Below are positions 12,031-27,532 of a stretch of 64,000 nucleotides of DNA, piece by piece; positions within the stretch are counted from its first letter, which is position 1; each line of letters opens with the position of its first letter. The notes under the pieces are model-generated. The model had not been told where the DNA came from. It did no database searches and saw only the letters and a list, made by a program, of their open reading frames with translations. The position numbers and the translations under genes were made by a program. The stretch is taken from assembly GCA_964016885.1 (NCBI GenBank), contig OZ024742.1, positions 268,832,001 through 268,896,000 of the forward strand, written 5' to 3'. The stretch comes from Eledone cirrhosa. Taxonomy: Eukaryota.

Positions 12031-12786
12031 GATAGAGTAAATGTGTACCATTATACGCACACGCATTAGGTCTGTAAGTAAGCATCATCATAAAAATTAT
12101 AGCGTTAGCCTTATTAAAGAAAACTACAAGTTAGCATTCAATTCTATTACATACTATTGCTAAGGTATAGCGATTGGTTTGATAAACCTGACACAAACAC
12201 ACTTTTAGACTTTATTGGGGCATTTTTCCTTGTATAAAATAGGAATTCATAGTACTTTAGATTCTTAGCAAACTAACGATAGCACGGGGACCAAAATAAC
12301 AAAAAATCTATGTTTAATAATAATAGTAAATTAATAGGTGTTTGAAATAGTCAAACAAGGAGAATTTTCCTGCCATAGGCAATTGAAAACTAGAAGTTTC
12401 TACGATGATGGGATACAGTAATATATTATATATACTTAGACATTTAGCAAATCGTAAATAAAAGCAAATAAACACGCGTATACATACAGTATGCTATTTT
12501 CTTTGATTTAGATACGCCGAAATTAAAATTTCTCTCGTTGTGCTTATTTTTTAATTTTATTTCTTATTTTTATTTTTTAACCAAATGTAGCTAAGTACGA
12601 TGTCAATTTTACAGATTATAAATGTTTGATAAGGTAGAATTAATTCATAAATTCGCCTGTGCTCCACTAGCATGCTTAATATTTTCAAGTCAACAGGTGT
12701 AATCACCCACTACCTCGGAGATTTCACTCTGTCCATCCAATATCTTGCCGTCATGAGTGTAATACATCAAAGATAATTTAAGACAG

Positions 12787-12834
<48 letters not shown>

Positions 12835-12835
<1 letters not shown>

Positions 12836-13760
12836 AAACCCATGACCTCCAAATATCTGATCCACCGAAACTCAGCTGTTTCGGATCACAGCAAAATCAA
12901 CATACTGATTGCGGATTTGGTAAGGGTGATGAGAAACGTGTCCCGCATGTGCAACCCCAAAGAACTAGAGTGACACATACAACACCTCATCCACCGTATG
13001 CAGTTCTCCGGTTACAATTAGAGAGATAAAATCAGAGTATATAGAGGAGCCAGAACCAAATTGGAAAACATGTTAAATAATGATACAAATGGGACCTGCC
13101 CCCTGTATAGGAGCACATTTTGGAATAGAATAGAAAGAACTAGGTATAAGGTTAATAGAATAAACTCATGGTATGATAGCAATAAATACCTGAGTGTAAT
13201 GTTAATCAATACAACCCCTAGAGGTGAATGAGCTTACAAATTCAGAAGGGCCAGAGATAAACATAAACTTAATATTAAGATAGTAGGAAGACCAGGTACC
13301 TCCATAAAATCACTTATTAGCAATACATACCCTTTTCAAAGACCTCCTTGTATAGATATAGAAATGCATACTCTGTAAACTAAGCCCCCATATTAACTGT
13401 GAAACTAGAAATGAAGTTTATAGCATAATATGTACTGAAGGACAATCTAAAGATAAGAATATAGTGTACATAGACGAGACAGCTCCTAGTATAGGAAAAC
13501 GGTTAAATGAAAACTGGCGAGAACTTCAAGATAAAAAAGAATCATCAATACTCCACCAACATGCTAAACTAAAACATAAGGGCAAATTAGAGAACATAGA
13601 AATAAAAATAGAATATACACACAGAAAAGACGCAATGTTTTGACAAATCACAGAGGCAATAAACATAAATGAACTCCAACCAAAATTAAATAGAAAGCAT
13701 GAATGGAATAGCAACATCACAACTTACAATTAAGGACAAAATGAAAACACACACACACAT
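12835..13760 (+). mobile_element. 5'-truncated PLE: RT thumb, linker and GIY-YIG
   Basis: LIHRNSA..KINILIADLVRVMRN..MQFSGY..CPLYRSTFW..NCETRNEVYSIIC..VYIDETA..LHQHAKLKH..QITEAINI..PKLNRKHEW, with stops and frameshifts. Confidence 0.85.
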
Positions 13761-13762
13761 AT

Positions 13763-14240
13763 TTTTTTGTCTTCTTCTATGCGCATTTTAGTTTACTAGT
13801 GTGTGTTTATATGTTTTGTTGTTATTGTGCTTGTGTATATATTTATTTATTTATTTATATATTTATATTTCTCTTGAGTCAGTATTGTTTGTTTGGGTGT
13901 TGTTGTTATTCCATTCATTTTTTTCTGTTTAATAATATCTAAACATAGAAATGACCTAGCAGACAGGCAAATCAGAGAGGCAAGCGAAATAGAGCTTGGA
14001 TGGCCAAAGCTAAACAGAAAGAATGAATGGAATAACAACACCTAAACAAGCAATACTGACTTAAGAAAAATATAAATAAATAAATAAATAAATACACAAG
14101 CACAAAAACAGCAAACACATATAAGACACACACTACTAAACTAAGATACAATACAATAACCAAAATACAGTCACCCAAACGCGAACACACACCAAACTCT
14201 ATACACACACGCAGACGCCTGCGCAGAGATGAAGAAAAAA
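13763..14240. repeat. Fold-back PLE 3' end (arms ~13785-13930 / 14011-14148)
   Basis: Reverse-complement arms. The + arm encodes RQIREASEI..PKLNRKNEW and is homologous to 45600-45910. Confidence 0.8.
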
Positions 14241-15204
14241 ATAAAACATTCTAATAGGTCCCCTGATATGTCCTAAGAGTAGACTGCATTTACAGTGAAC
14301 TTTGATATAAAGGTATGGCACTTTGTATGGAATACTCAATTTTAGCACTATATAATAGGGAGTAATCAACTTAATATAGATACCTTTAGTACATCATGAT
14401 AGAGTAGACTGTATTTAAAATTGGAAACAAGATATAAATGTATAACCGTCTATATAAGGGACTCAATTGAGGCGCCTTATAATGTATGTTAGAACAATGA
14501 ATTTAGTTATGAGATTCGGCTAGTCACCTCCCCTTACGCATTAACTCCCTTTAATTACACACATACTTCCGGGTAATATACCGCTGTAAATTCTCGCAGC
14601 AGAATCAACCTATTCTATAAACTTGGATTAAATAACACTGAGCCTCAATACACTAAAATAATTTATTTTAATTCATCAAACATTCAATACGGAATCATCG
14701 TTACTTATGTGATGGATGTAGAAACTATTCTTACCTTTTCTGAACGTGAAAATGATGGTGGATACGAAAACCATAACTTTCTTTTACTTCTTCTTTTTAT
14801 TTTTATTTTTCTGCACACATACTTTTTTGTTCTATACAAAGAATACCTTACCACTACAACCATCATAATATTCTTGCTTACCCGCTTAAAGTCCTTGCAT
14901 TACGTGTAGCACCCTGCCACACAATAATAGTATAAAAATGAGACACACTTGCATGCTCCACGTGTAACTAACGCATACACTACCTACTAGAGCTGACTAT
15001 CAAACTATCCTCTTGCATTATCTATGTTATCTGCCGAATGTATTTTAATTTTGATTTTTATTTTTATTTTAATTTTGATTTTGATTGATTTTGATTTTGA
15101 ATTTGAATTGCTGTACAAAAATAGTATAGTATAATATATTCCACTCAATATATATATGTATTTAATGTCTCTTGTTGATTCTTGTGAATTCTATATATAT
15201 ATAC

Positions 15205-15297
<93 letters not shown>

Positions 15298-15414
15298 TGT
15301 AGCAAGGTTGATTGGATGTGTCCATAGGCGGTATGACGGATGAGCACTCTATGCTCCTTCGTGTTCCGATGTATCACTGTTTCTTCGTAATTCTCTCTCT
15401 CTCTCTATATATAT

Positions 15415-18400
15415 ATATAACTTTGATAACTTTGATTTATAACTTTGATAGGTTTCGGCCTGTTGTGGCCCAGGCCATGTCTAACTTAATAGCACCACCT
15501 GGCGAAGTCTTACAAATCAGTGTTTGGGCACCATGGCCCACTCGAGCAGAGAGTTATTGTGTACGGAGGCATATCCGGGTGTAGGAGGCTTATCCGGGAT
15601 TTCTTGAAGGAATTAATCCAAAGACTTCTTGAACTTGATGGGGTCTGTCTCTGCTTTGATGTGCCTTGGTGTAATGTTAAAGATCGCAGGGCCAATTGAG
15701 GTGAAATAATTGTGCGTATTGTCGCTATGTGATGCGAGTGAGATTTTTGTTGTGGGCGGATAGCACGGGGTCCAAGTCTTGGGTGTACACTAAAGGTGAT
15801 GCCAACATCATTTGGGGAAATGTGAAGGAATATTTTCCACATCATACAGATGTGGGTGCTTCAACTTTCATGATACTTTGTTTCGTTTGGGGTGACCACA
15901 GTGGACAACAGTTTCCGAGGTGGGGTCGGGCAAAACTGGAGAAGAGAAGGATAACAGTGTGGATATCTCTCGACTGGAAAGTTCTAAGAATCCAGGAACA
16001 CATTCTGCGGGCCATATCAACTTTGCTATTTATATGAGTGGCCCAGCTTATGTTGTTGTCCACAATTACTCCGAGGTCTCTGATATTATTGGATGCTACT
16101 AGAGTTTCACCTGAAGAAGGTGAGTATGGTAGTTTCAGGGCATCCTTTTTTACAAAGTGGATTAATTCAAATTTATCTTCATTCAACAGCATATTATTCA
16201 TTTCTGCCCTTTGGATAACAGCTAATAGGACAGACTGAAGGCAAGTCCGGTCACTTACCTCATTGATGACCTTTTGGAGCTTGGAATCGTCTGAGAAGAT
16301 TCTAATGTTGCTGTGCTTGATGATGTCAGTAATGTCATTAATGTAAATGATGAAAATAAGTGGGCCCTACTCAGTGCCTTGTGGGACGCCACTGCTGACT
16401 TTGGCAGGGCTTGATTTTACTCCGACTACAACATGCTGGTTCTGCCTGTCAAGAAACATTTGATGCACTGTAGTAACCTTCCAGAGACACCAACATTGGA
16501 TAGTTATTTCAGTAGAATATTATGATCAACTCTGTCGAAGGCCTTGCGGAAGTCAAGGTAGATGACATCAGTGTTGGAGCCCTCTCTCAAGGCTCTCAAA
16601 TCATCGTCAAAGTGATGCAGGTGCTGCGTTAGGCAGTCCCTTCCATTACGGAACCCATGTCGGTTGGAGTTCAGCAGGCCGTTGCTAACAAGAAAGTGGG
16701 TTATTCGTAATCTCACCACGCTCTCAAATACCTTGATAATATGAGAGGTGAGTGAAATCAGATGGTAGTTCACTGCAAGGGACTTATTTCCCTTTTTGAA
16801 GACTGGGACAATGGACTGGGACAGACAGTTTTCAGGAAGATAGCCAGTGACTAGTGAGTTCCTCCACAGATTAACAAGAGTAGATGCAAGTTGGTGTCGA
16901 CACACCTTCAGTATACAAGCAGGGAACCTGTCGGGGCCTACTGCTGAATTGTGTTTAATTTCGTTTATTGCCGCTAAGATATCAGTGGTGCCAAACGTTA
17001 TGTCCGATATAGTGTGTTGGGGATTAACGTCACTGATACAGCCCAGATCGGCCATATCAGGATTGCTGAAAACAGGGCAGTATTGTTTCTGCAGTATCTC
17101 GCCCATGGTTTTGGCATTGTCCTGGAGTGTGCCGTTTTCATCAACTAGGGGGCCAACAGTGGATACGGTGACCTTGTGTTTTTTAGCAAATGAATAGAAC
17201 ACTTTGGGGTTGAGTTTGATTTTCTCAATGACCCACCTCTCTTCAGCTATTCTCTGGTTATTGATGATGGTCATCATGCATTGCTGGAGGTTATATTTTT
17301 TTGACTCAAGCAGGGTGATAGCCATTGAATGTGTGTGTGCTGTTGGCAGTATTTTAGTGTGTTAATTTTTTTGTTTGTTCTTTTTATTTTTCTGATAATT
17401 GTTTTTCTGTTTTGGGGGATACTGCACTTGGTTTTGTTCACCGGTTTTGGTGGGGTGTGTTTTGTACATATATTTGTGACAGTGTCTACAAAGATCTGCC
17501 ACGATGTTTTGATGTTGGTGCAAGTGTGTGCGTGTGTAAAAGACCAGTCGACATGTGATATTTCGTTCATAATTGCATCCCAGTTGGCATTGTAGAGATC
17601 CATGTTATCAAATGGGTGGGCTGGAGAGAGGATCCTGGGATTGGCTTTCGGCTGGTGGAATCTCAGGTTACAAAGAACCATGTCATGGTCTGAGAGAAGG
17701 GTTTTTTCCACTGTAATATTATGTATAGTGTTAGTGTGGTTACTAAACACTAGATCCAGAATGTTCTTCTGGTGCCTCGTTGGTGCAGGGACAAGTTGGG
17801 ACAAGAAAAACTCATTCATTAAGTCAAGAAGTGACTCGACAGCCTCTTTGTCAGTGGTTGAGGCTGTGGAGCCTGGTTTCAAACTACATGTAGACCAATC
17901 GACACAGGGTAGATTAAAGTCTCCCATCAAAAGTATGTTGCTAGAATGGTACTGTTTAATAAAGCATTTAATACTGTTGAGGCATTCTTTGAAGCAGATT
18001 ATGGCCTATAGAGCCCAACTAATTTCAGGTCATTAGCTTTATTGTGCACAGGGACTGATTCACAGTATCCATTAGAGAATGTTGTGTTGCCATCTGCCGT
18101 AAAAGATTCATGCTGTAAAATGGCAGTTCCACCCTTCCTTCTGCCAACACGATCCGGACGAATGGTTGTGGAATTTCTCTCTCTTACTTCGGCCTCCAAG
18201 TGGGAGTTGTCAAGGTGGGTCTCAGTAAGAATGAAGAAGGGGATGTGAAATGGATGGTTACCAACTAAATCCTCAATGAATTGGATCTTTCATTTATGTG
18301 CATTGATGTATGGGCTGATACCTTGTGTATTGAGTAAGAATGTGCAGGCTAGTGTGGTGGCTGGTTTTGACTGTTGCAGGGGCTTGTTTTGTGATTGTGT

Positions 18401-19650
18401 GTTAGTGACAGCAAGGATGGTGCTGGGTGATGGCTAAAATGTTTGTCTCTATCTCTTTTGCCAGGTTCATGGCTAAAAAAAAAGATGTTTCTTTGTTCAG
18501 GAAGCAGTTTTTGATTGGATTTATGGTTACATCATTGTTGTTGAATTTGTTGTAATTGTGTCTTTGTGAAAAACTGGAGCAGCGTTATTGTTGTTGTTGT
18601 ATTTGTTGTTGTTGTGATCGTTTCTTTGAGGAAAGACTGGAGCAGCATTACTTTTGTTGTTTTTTTTTGTCGTAATCATGTCTTTCTGAGAAGACTGGAT
18701 CAGCATTAACGCAGCAGGGGTGGCTTTATTGAAATTTGTGGGTTGGCATGAAGCCCCTTTACTGTTCGTACGTTGTGTCCCAGGAAGATGAGTGAAGGGA
18801 CAGTCAGTCAGCAGACATAGCCTCTCACGTTGGGAATGTTGGCAGATTTTGAGACTGCGACCTATACGTGCCGGCAGCGTGCTTTGGTGTTGGCTGGCAG
18901 TGTTAGTGCGCCTAGTACCCGATAAATGGATAAATATACAGTAGCTACGTGTGCATAGCCACTGACGTAGTGAGTAGCGGCATATTTTGGGGTTTCTAGT
19001 TGTTTAAATTTCTTTTGACTATGGCATGGTTGTGGTGGTGATGTGGGGGAAGAATGCATTAGTGGTGATGATGATGATGACAACTGTGGTGGGAGAGAGA
19101 GCAGTGGTCCATTACTAGCAGTTGGTGTGGCAGAAGTTTTTAATGTGGCATAAGATGGTGACGGAGGTGATGGTGATGGCGATAATGATGGCTGAGTGAG
19201 TGGCTGAGTGATACTGTCATTCAGTAATTCAGCTATTATGCTTGAATTCAGTAGTGGTTGCTCCTGGCTTCCTGGCTGTTGCTGTTGTTGTGGTTGTTGT
19301 TGTTGTTGTGGCTGGTGTTGTTGTTGTGGCTGTTGTTGCTGTTGTTGTGTTTGCCCATTGGAGTAAATATGTCGACTTTTTCAAAATGGTTTTGAATTAG
19401 TTTGAAAGAGACTTCTACATGTGTTAGTTCCTTGTGTATCTGCTTAGCAGACCTCGTGGTCAATGTTTGAGCTGTATTTTTCAGCAATTTCATTCAGACA
19501 CGACGCGTTAATATTTATCGTTTGGGACACAGAAAACCATGTGTTTATTAAGAGGTCAATTTCATTTTCAGACCAATTTCGTCCGTTGTGGGCTTGCTGG
19601 TTAGTAGTCATATTTTTGTTCTTTACCTTTGTGTGCGTTTTAAGATACGT
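15415..19650 (-). mobile_element. Near full-length degenerate CR1-group LINE (ORF1, APE, RT)
   Basis: APE: MGDFNLP, LDLVF, SDH. RT: GPD, PVFKKG, HGFR, YLDFRKAFDRVDH, SGVPQG, FSDD, RPHL..CCPLWSP. 3' tail of ATCAAAGTT repeats at ~15417-15450. ORF1 ATG at 19611. Confidence 0.92.
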
Positions 19651-19855
19651 GAGTGAGACTTTGGTTATTTGAAGAAATTAAAGAATCGTGTATATATATA
19701 TATTCACTCTTATGGATGTGAGTTTGGTTGTTTGAGGATGTTAATAGTTTTTGGTTATTTGGTTGTTTGGCGATATCCAATGAAAAACGAGCGTATATAA
19801 TATTATTGAAAACAAAAACGGGTGTATATAATATTATTTGAAGAATTAAAGAATC

Positions 19856-20530
<675 letters not shown>

Positions 20531-20549
20531 ATATATATATATATATATA

Positions 20550-20610
<61 letters not shown>

Positions 20611-20725
20611 TCTCTTATGGATGAGAGTTTGGTTGTTTGAAGATGTTAATAGTTTTTGGTTATTTAGTTGTTTGAAGATATCGAAGGAAAAGTTATATAT
20701 ATATATATATTGGGATTTTATTTTT

Positions 20726-20866
20726 ATCCATCTTACAATCAGAAGATATGGTCAATTAGCTATGTATATATATATACACAGCTAATTATGTTCTTACACG
20801 GAACAAACATACTACCCAAGGTTTCAAAGCCCTGTATTGACCATATCTCCTGATTGTAAGATGGAT
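20726..20866. repeat. Inverted repeat, 31-bp arms
   Basis: 20726-20756 versus 20836-20866, one mismatch. Confidence 0.8.
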
Positions 20867-21347
20867 CAAAATAAAAATGTTATATAGAGGCGCTTGGACG
20901 AGTTCGAAGTTAAGGTTAAAATTATAGCGCGATTATAAGCTAGATTATGAAAACCTATTATATTAATGGAACAAACACTTAAATGTAAATTTGTAAAGCA
21001 AATCAGTTGTACACGTGCAGGCCTATTATAGGGATGTATGGTATAATGTGGTGGCATGAAATATAGAGATGGCAATATCTATTATGTTATGGAGTCGAGT
21101 AGTATAGAACGTGTATTGATTTATGTAAAAGTGGAGAAAAAAATGAACAAGAGAAGATATTAAGAAAGTATATACATCAAATTACGGTTGTTGCAAATTA
21201 GTTGACTACGTTGAGTATTTCCAGTTAGCAAGGAATTTTCTTTCCGAGACATCCTTTAAAAATGTCGTTCTTTGAGTTGAAATAATTATTGTTCGGAGAA
21301 ACACGCACACAGACACACACACGCCACACACACACACATATTTATAC

Positions 21348-21410
<63 letters not shown>

Positions 21411-21927
21411 TGTGTGTGTGTGTATGTGTGTGTGTGTATGTGTGTGTGTGTGTGTGTGTGTGCGTGCGTGCGTGTGCGTCTGCATGTGCGTGTTTGAATG
21501 TGTATGTATGTCTCTACGCATCTTTATTTATATGTATTCGTAGTAGAAAGTGTGAGTAAAAACAAAGATGCATTGACATAATGCATCGACATTTATAAAT
21601 AATACATGACTTCATGAAATATTCCTAAAAGCTGAGTAGCCAAAATCAGAGCAGATGTAGCAATTTTGGATATAAACCGAATCATTACTGTCAATAAAAA
21701 TCAATATTGACATGTCGATAGCTTAGTTGTTTCTGAGAGGACGCCTGGAAGCTAAGTAAATAAAATAAATTTCCAGCATCGATGCACTCAACTTGGAGGT
21801 TCACTGAACATTTGCTTCCCTTTTAACTCAATTACAGGCTCTCTGGCTAAGAAAATAGTTGGCTTTGCTGCGGATATGCACAAACAAGTACACAACCACT
21901 CACATACATTTATCTATCATCTATCCA

Positions 21928-22057
<130 letters not shown>

Positions 22058-23450
22058 TAGGTTAGATGATAGATAAATGTATGTGAGTGGTTGTGTACTT
22101 GTTTGTGCATAGGGTGGTGTATGCGTGTGAATATATGTGTGTACATGTGTGTATATGCGGATACGTATATGTGTGTATATGAATAGATGCATTTCATATG
22201 TATGCAAGGATATATGTATATAGTTATATTATTCATATATACATATATGTAAATATGTATGTATGTAAATAATATGTATATGTACATATAACTATGCACG
22301 TATACATGAGAAGTATTTAGAAATATTTTCATACATTGATTTCTCTATCTGCCTGTGAATGGATGACTGCCAAAAATGTATTTTTGTGGACGCTCTTGTG
22401 TATTTATATGTATATAAAAAAAACTGCTTTTATATTCTTGTATAACTTTGCTTATCTGTTTCAGATAAATGCAACTGCCATGTGTATCCTAAGCCTTTAG
22501 ATGCCCATGCCTACATATATCTTATTTCACACACAATACTAGGTATACCAATATGCATATATCTATATTAAAATATCTACCTTTCCCTCTCCATATATAT
22601 ATAGAGAGAGATATATACACAAACACTTAGAATCACAAACACACACGCACACACAGTGCACGCACGTATTCATGGTTTCGGGTGTGTGTCATTTTGTTAC
22701 GGACTATTTTGGAATAAGGTTGAAATAAATACGGTATTCAGAGTTGTTTCAAGTTTCTCTCTGCCACATATTAGTACATTATAGCTTGTTGGATCCTAAC
22801 CCTTGTGTGTGTGGTTTAAAGTGAGAGATGATTCATAAGTGTTGGCTCTCGGACGAATAGGGACTACCCGCCCCGGATATCCCCTCTAAATGTTTGCAAT
22901 AGAAGTATAGATTTACTGCTAAATGAATAAATTTCATAGAAAACAGACTAGATGTTATGTGTTTTATTTTAGTGTAATCAACGATTGATCGGCGAAAGAT
23001 TATATCAAAGCATTAAGCAAATTAACTGAATTACATCAATACGAAAAGGCATTACCGAGCTCTTTTAAAACCGTAATAGTTCTACCAACCATTTTCAGAC
23101 ACACATAGAAACATTCTACGCGTGATTATTAGAATATAACGAATAATTACCTTTAACAAATCAGTTTGCTCTTTTGCATCTATTGATACCATTCAATTTG
23201 CTTCAGTAATATTAAATCTAAACTTGCACCTGCAACCTTTCGATTGATCGTCAAATATGAACATCTATCGAATCCAATTATAGAAGATGTTTAGCCTATC
23301 TGCTTCATCAAACAGAGGACGGGGAAATTTTAAAATATCAACGCCATCAAATACTTGATAAATCTCAATTTAAAACATATCGATATGCTAAATCATGAAG
23401 CTTTAAAATCCGAGCGAAAATCACCGAAAACCCATAAAAATAATGTTTCT

Positions 23451-23490
23451 ATGATTAAATATGATTAAATATGATTAAATATGATTAGAT
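23451..23490 (+). repeat. (ATGATTAAAT)x4 minisatellite
   Basis: Direct reading; last unit imperfect. Confidence 0.9.
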
Positions 23491-23870
23491 ACTATGCGAT
23501 GAAAGTTACGTACTCCACTTCATCATCAAATATTCATGTTTTAGGAAATAAGTTGAACACCCTACAAACGCATCGCAATTCTCTCAAACATCACTAATAT
23601 ATGCATGAAGACAAAATACCATAGGTATAATAATGCAAACGTGGAGAAAAGGGCATTAGACACAACTAAAACATGGAACGAAGAAGAAATTCTTGCCTGA
23701 AATATTTCGCTCAGCAAATAACCTATTCATCCTTCAAATCCAGTACTATAATGACAACAGTCAAGCCCACTCAAAATTGAAATTATTTGGAGGATAACTG
23801 GTGGTCACTGATATATTAAACTGATATATTCCTTCCATATACTGTACCGATTGTGTTATTTCTGTTTATC

Positions 23871-23962
<92 letters not shown>

Positions 23963-24260
23963 ATACACCCATACACACACAAACACACACACATATATAT
24001 ATATATTATTCTTCTGTATTTAGTCTCTTACTCTCTTCGACAATGTTTGGCTTATGTCAGACGTTATGATCCCAAATGAACCAGCAGAACTGTTGGTAGG
24101 GTTCGAAAATGCCTAAGTCCATCGCCTCGGCCGATGATCATGGAGTTATGTGTCTTTCATTTCTATATTAATGTTTTAAAATAACGTTGTAAAGTGTTTT
24201 TCGTTCTGTTTTGTTTCCATTCAATGTCTTTGTTAATTTTCTAAAGTTTATATACATATA

Positions 24261-24374
<114 letters not shown>

Positions 24375-26270
24375 TGTGTGTGTTTCTGTGTATGTGTGCT
24401 CATTTATGCATATATATATGCCTGTGTCTGTTTGTGTTTGTGCCAGTGTAGGTGTTTACATTAAAATATCTATATCAAAGAGTAGATACTCGTTAAATTT
24501 CTTTATACATTTAATAGTTGGATGCACAATTAAATATCACCCAGCAACAGTAGTATTTAAACAAATCGTGTTATAGATAAATTACTGATATTTTTCTTTT
24601 TACGTTACATCCTTCGAAGCAATAAAGCGTTAGTTGTACATAAGACTTGCTTCAACTTACCATCATTTTAAATTCATCAGGTACATAATTATATACTTTA
24701 GATATCTGATAGACAGACGGAGAAGACTCGGCTTCACTGAAAGTAGAGGGATAAGATAAGATGGGTAAATACATATACATTTCTCTCTTTTACTATTTCT
24801 CTCGTTATATGTATATAAAATCGTGAGTGTTTTGTTTGTGTGTGTATGATGGTACGTGGCTTAGTTGTTAGGATGTTTGACACAAGTTCAAAAAGTTATA
24901 GACGCGATTCATAATGGCATGATTTGGACTGGAAGAAATTATTTTAATTCTCACTCGTTGGCTAAATATAGTGTTCCTATAATTATAATAGGCAGTTTCG
25001 TCATATTGTGCGTCACGCTGTATTTTCTGTGATAAAGGCTCAGTCATTAGCGCGTTATGCTCAACAAAAGGGTGTTCCGTTGATAAAACTACTGGAGCAC
25101 TCATGTTGAAATCGACGCAGGTGATACATGATCAACTGAACATCTTATACAACCAACGCCAAATTCTACAGTTTTCCAAGAGATGTCGAATTGTATAGAC
25201 TTTTTGTTTCTGAAACAATTTTTTTTTTCGCTTATGCCAGTTCTCACTCTCCTGTTTATTTTTCTTTCTTCTTTAATAATTTATCTTATTTCATGAATGA
25301 CTAGCATCCGAAGCGTTACGATATTTTCCTACTATATCAACATTAAAATTAATACATTGCTTCTTTGTACTGTTTATCTGTCACTAATACGTGGTAAGTG
25401 TCTTAGTTTGTAGGTTGTTTGGCACACGTTCGTAAGGTTATATACATCTCAATGAAAAGATAATTTATATTAATAAATTATCAATTCAGAGAAGCAATTA
25501 AACATGTTAAACTTAAGCCATACGTCTTCCATTGGGTATTCCAGAGTTTTGATATGGCTAATATTTTTTATTCAATTCTAAACATCATGTTTGGGAAACA
25601 ATGCTAGTAAAACTGACTTAGTTTAGTTGCTCTACTTATACCTTAATTGGGATTTGGGCGTAAGTGTAATGTGTAATTGCTTCTCTGAGCTGGTACTTTA
25701 TAAATATATCTTATGCTTTCATTGATATGCCTAATTATAAGAAATAGATAATTTTAAACTTGGTAATAAATACTTCTTCATTGTTGACTTGATTTAGACA
25801 ATGTGGGCTGCAAATTCCAGCGTCATTCTAAGCCAGTCGTATCGTGTTAATAAATTAAGCGGCACATATCCATATAATAATTCAATGACACAATGTGGTC
25901 TCGGCAACGACATGGTATGATATATATTCAACTTCTCTTCTTAGTCCCAAGAAATGTCCTCTTGGGGAAGGAATTGTAATTCTTCCAATATTCCAGTGTT
26001 TTGAAAAGACTAATATTGCTTCTTCAATTCGAGAAACCACAAATGGGGAACTATACGAGGTCTAGCTTAAATCCTAAAAAATCGGGTTTTAGGATATATA
26101 TATAAAGGATATATATATTCCTTGCATATTGTAAGTTTTCGAAAAATGTTATCAAACGTATATACCCTACCCATAAATCAGGAAACATACCAAGTTTCAA
26201 GATGGCACGTCTCGTTCTCTGAACTTCCATATAAAGTGCTGGAAAGAACTATCATACAGACATGTTTACG

Positions 26271-26332
<62 letters not shown>

Positions 26333-26337
<5 letters not shown>

Positions 26338-26691
26338 GTGGTTACCCAAATGTTAGTTCACCATACCGAGAACAATCATTTCACCTTCTCGGATCTTCAG
26401 CTCGGGATATGTGTATGGTTGTAGGAACGGGATGGACAATCGTACGAACGCGCATACACAGAAACTCGATCACTTCTCACAGGCAATACTAGATTGCGTG
26501 CGGGAGGAGTAAGGGAGATAACTGCGAAAGTCCGGAAAGTGTTTAGGTTGAAAATAAGATTAACAAATTAAAAATAAAATTACTAAGAATCAGTCTGGAG
26601 CCTTGTAGTTATGCAATAGTTGTTTGGTGACGTTTGGACAACGTGTGAAAAATTCTCTTCTCGTGTCTGGGCAATCACTATTGCGTAATCT

Positions 26692-26695
<4 letters not shown>
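26333..26695 (-). mobile_element. Solo PLE pseudo-LTR with hammerhead
   Basis: Homologous to 53300-53632, which lies downstream of a GIY-YIG remnant. Confidence 0.8.
26366..26405 (-). ncRNA. Minimal type I hammerhead
   Basis: CCGAG-CTGAAGA-TCC-GAGAA-GGT-GAAA-TGATTG-TT-CTCGG. Other copies of the family have stem III CAATTG. Confidence 0.65.
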
Positions 26696-26731
<36 letters not shown>

Positions 26732-26733
<2 letters not shown>

Positions 26734-26943
26734 CGAAGGAAATGTGGTAAGGAACCAGGTGGACCATAACGCACCAAAGCGCACCAAAGTACTCAATACT
26801 TAGGGTAGTAGAGTGGGTAATAGGAACGAGTAGGACCCCGACGGCTGAGCTCAAGCCGTTTCGACGGCTAATTCTGGACTAAATTTAGTCCAGAATTAGC
26901 CGTCGAAACGGCTTGAGCTCAGCCGTCGGGGATCCTACTCGTT

Positions 26944-26948
<5 letters not shown>
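26732..26948. repeat. Near-perfect palindrome (64-bp arms, centre 26883/26884) of a hammerhead element 3' end
   Basis: One indel between arms. Homologous to 46900-47042. Confidence 0.9.
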
Positions 26949-27029
<81 letters not shown>

Positions 27030-27067
27030 TATGTACATACATATATGTATACAGACGTACAGTAGTA

Positions 27068-27159
<92 letters not shown>

Positions 27160-27308
27160 CAGGTACACATATATATATGTACGTATCAGTTTAGTGGACG
27201 TTTATTATAACGTCCACTTTGTCCGTTTGTAAACAAAGGGACAGCCTGATTTATGCCGTATGGTGTTAAGGCAACCACGTCACCTTTTTGTTCAACACTG
27301 ACACAGGA

Positions 27309-27351
27309 ACGATGTACTAGTTTCAAGCTTCTTAGCTATCATCAGCACCGT
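27309..27351 (-). ncRNA. Minimal type I hammerhead
   Basis: ACGGTG-CTGATGA-TAGCT-AAGA-AGCTT-GAAA-CTAG-TA-CATCGT. Same family as 4530-4572. Confidence 0.75.
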
Positions 27352-27445
27352 ATACCCTTCTGCCAGATGGTTGAACGTAAGTATGTACACACATAAGTAA
27401 GTGCCGTACTAAGAGTGAGAAATTTCGTTTCATTCTATTTCAACT

Positions 27446-27532
<87 letters not shown>

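Noticed and set aside
12835-13730. In-frame TGA codons as selenocysteine recoding in a PLE
   Set aside because: The TGAs do not fall at conserved Cys positions and co-occur with other stops and frameshifts, which indicates ordinary decay.
22465-22541. Possible exon after TTTCAG (DKCNCHVYPKPLDAHAY...)
   Set aside because: Weak donor, no homology, and short enough to be chance.
25440-25735. Weak inverted repeat
   Set aside because: Too diverged to define ends or assign a family.
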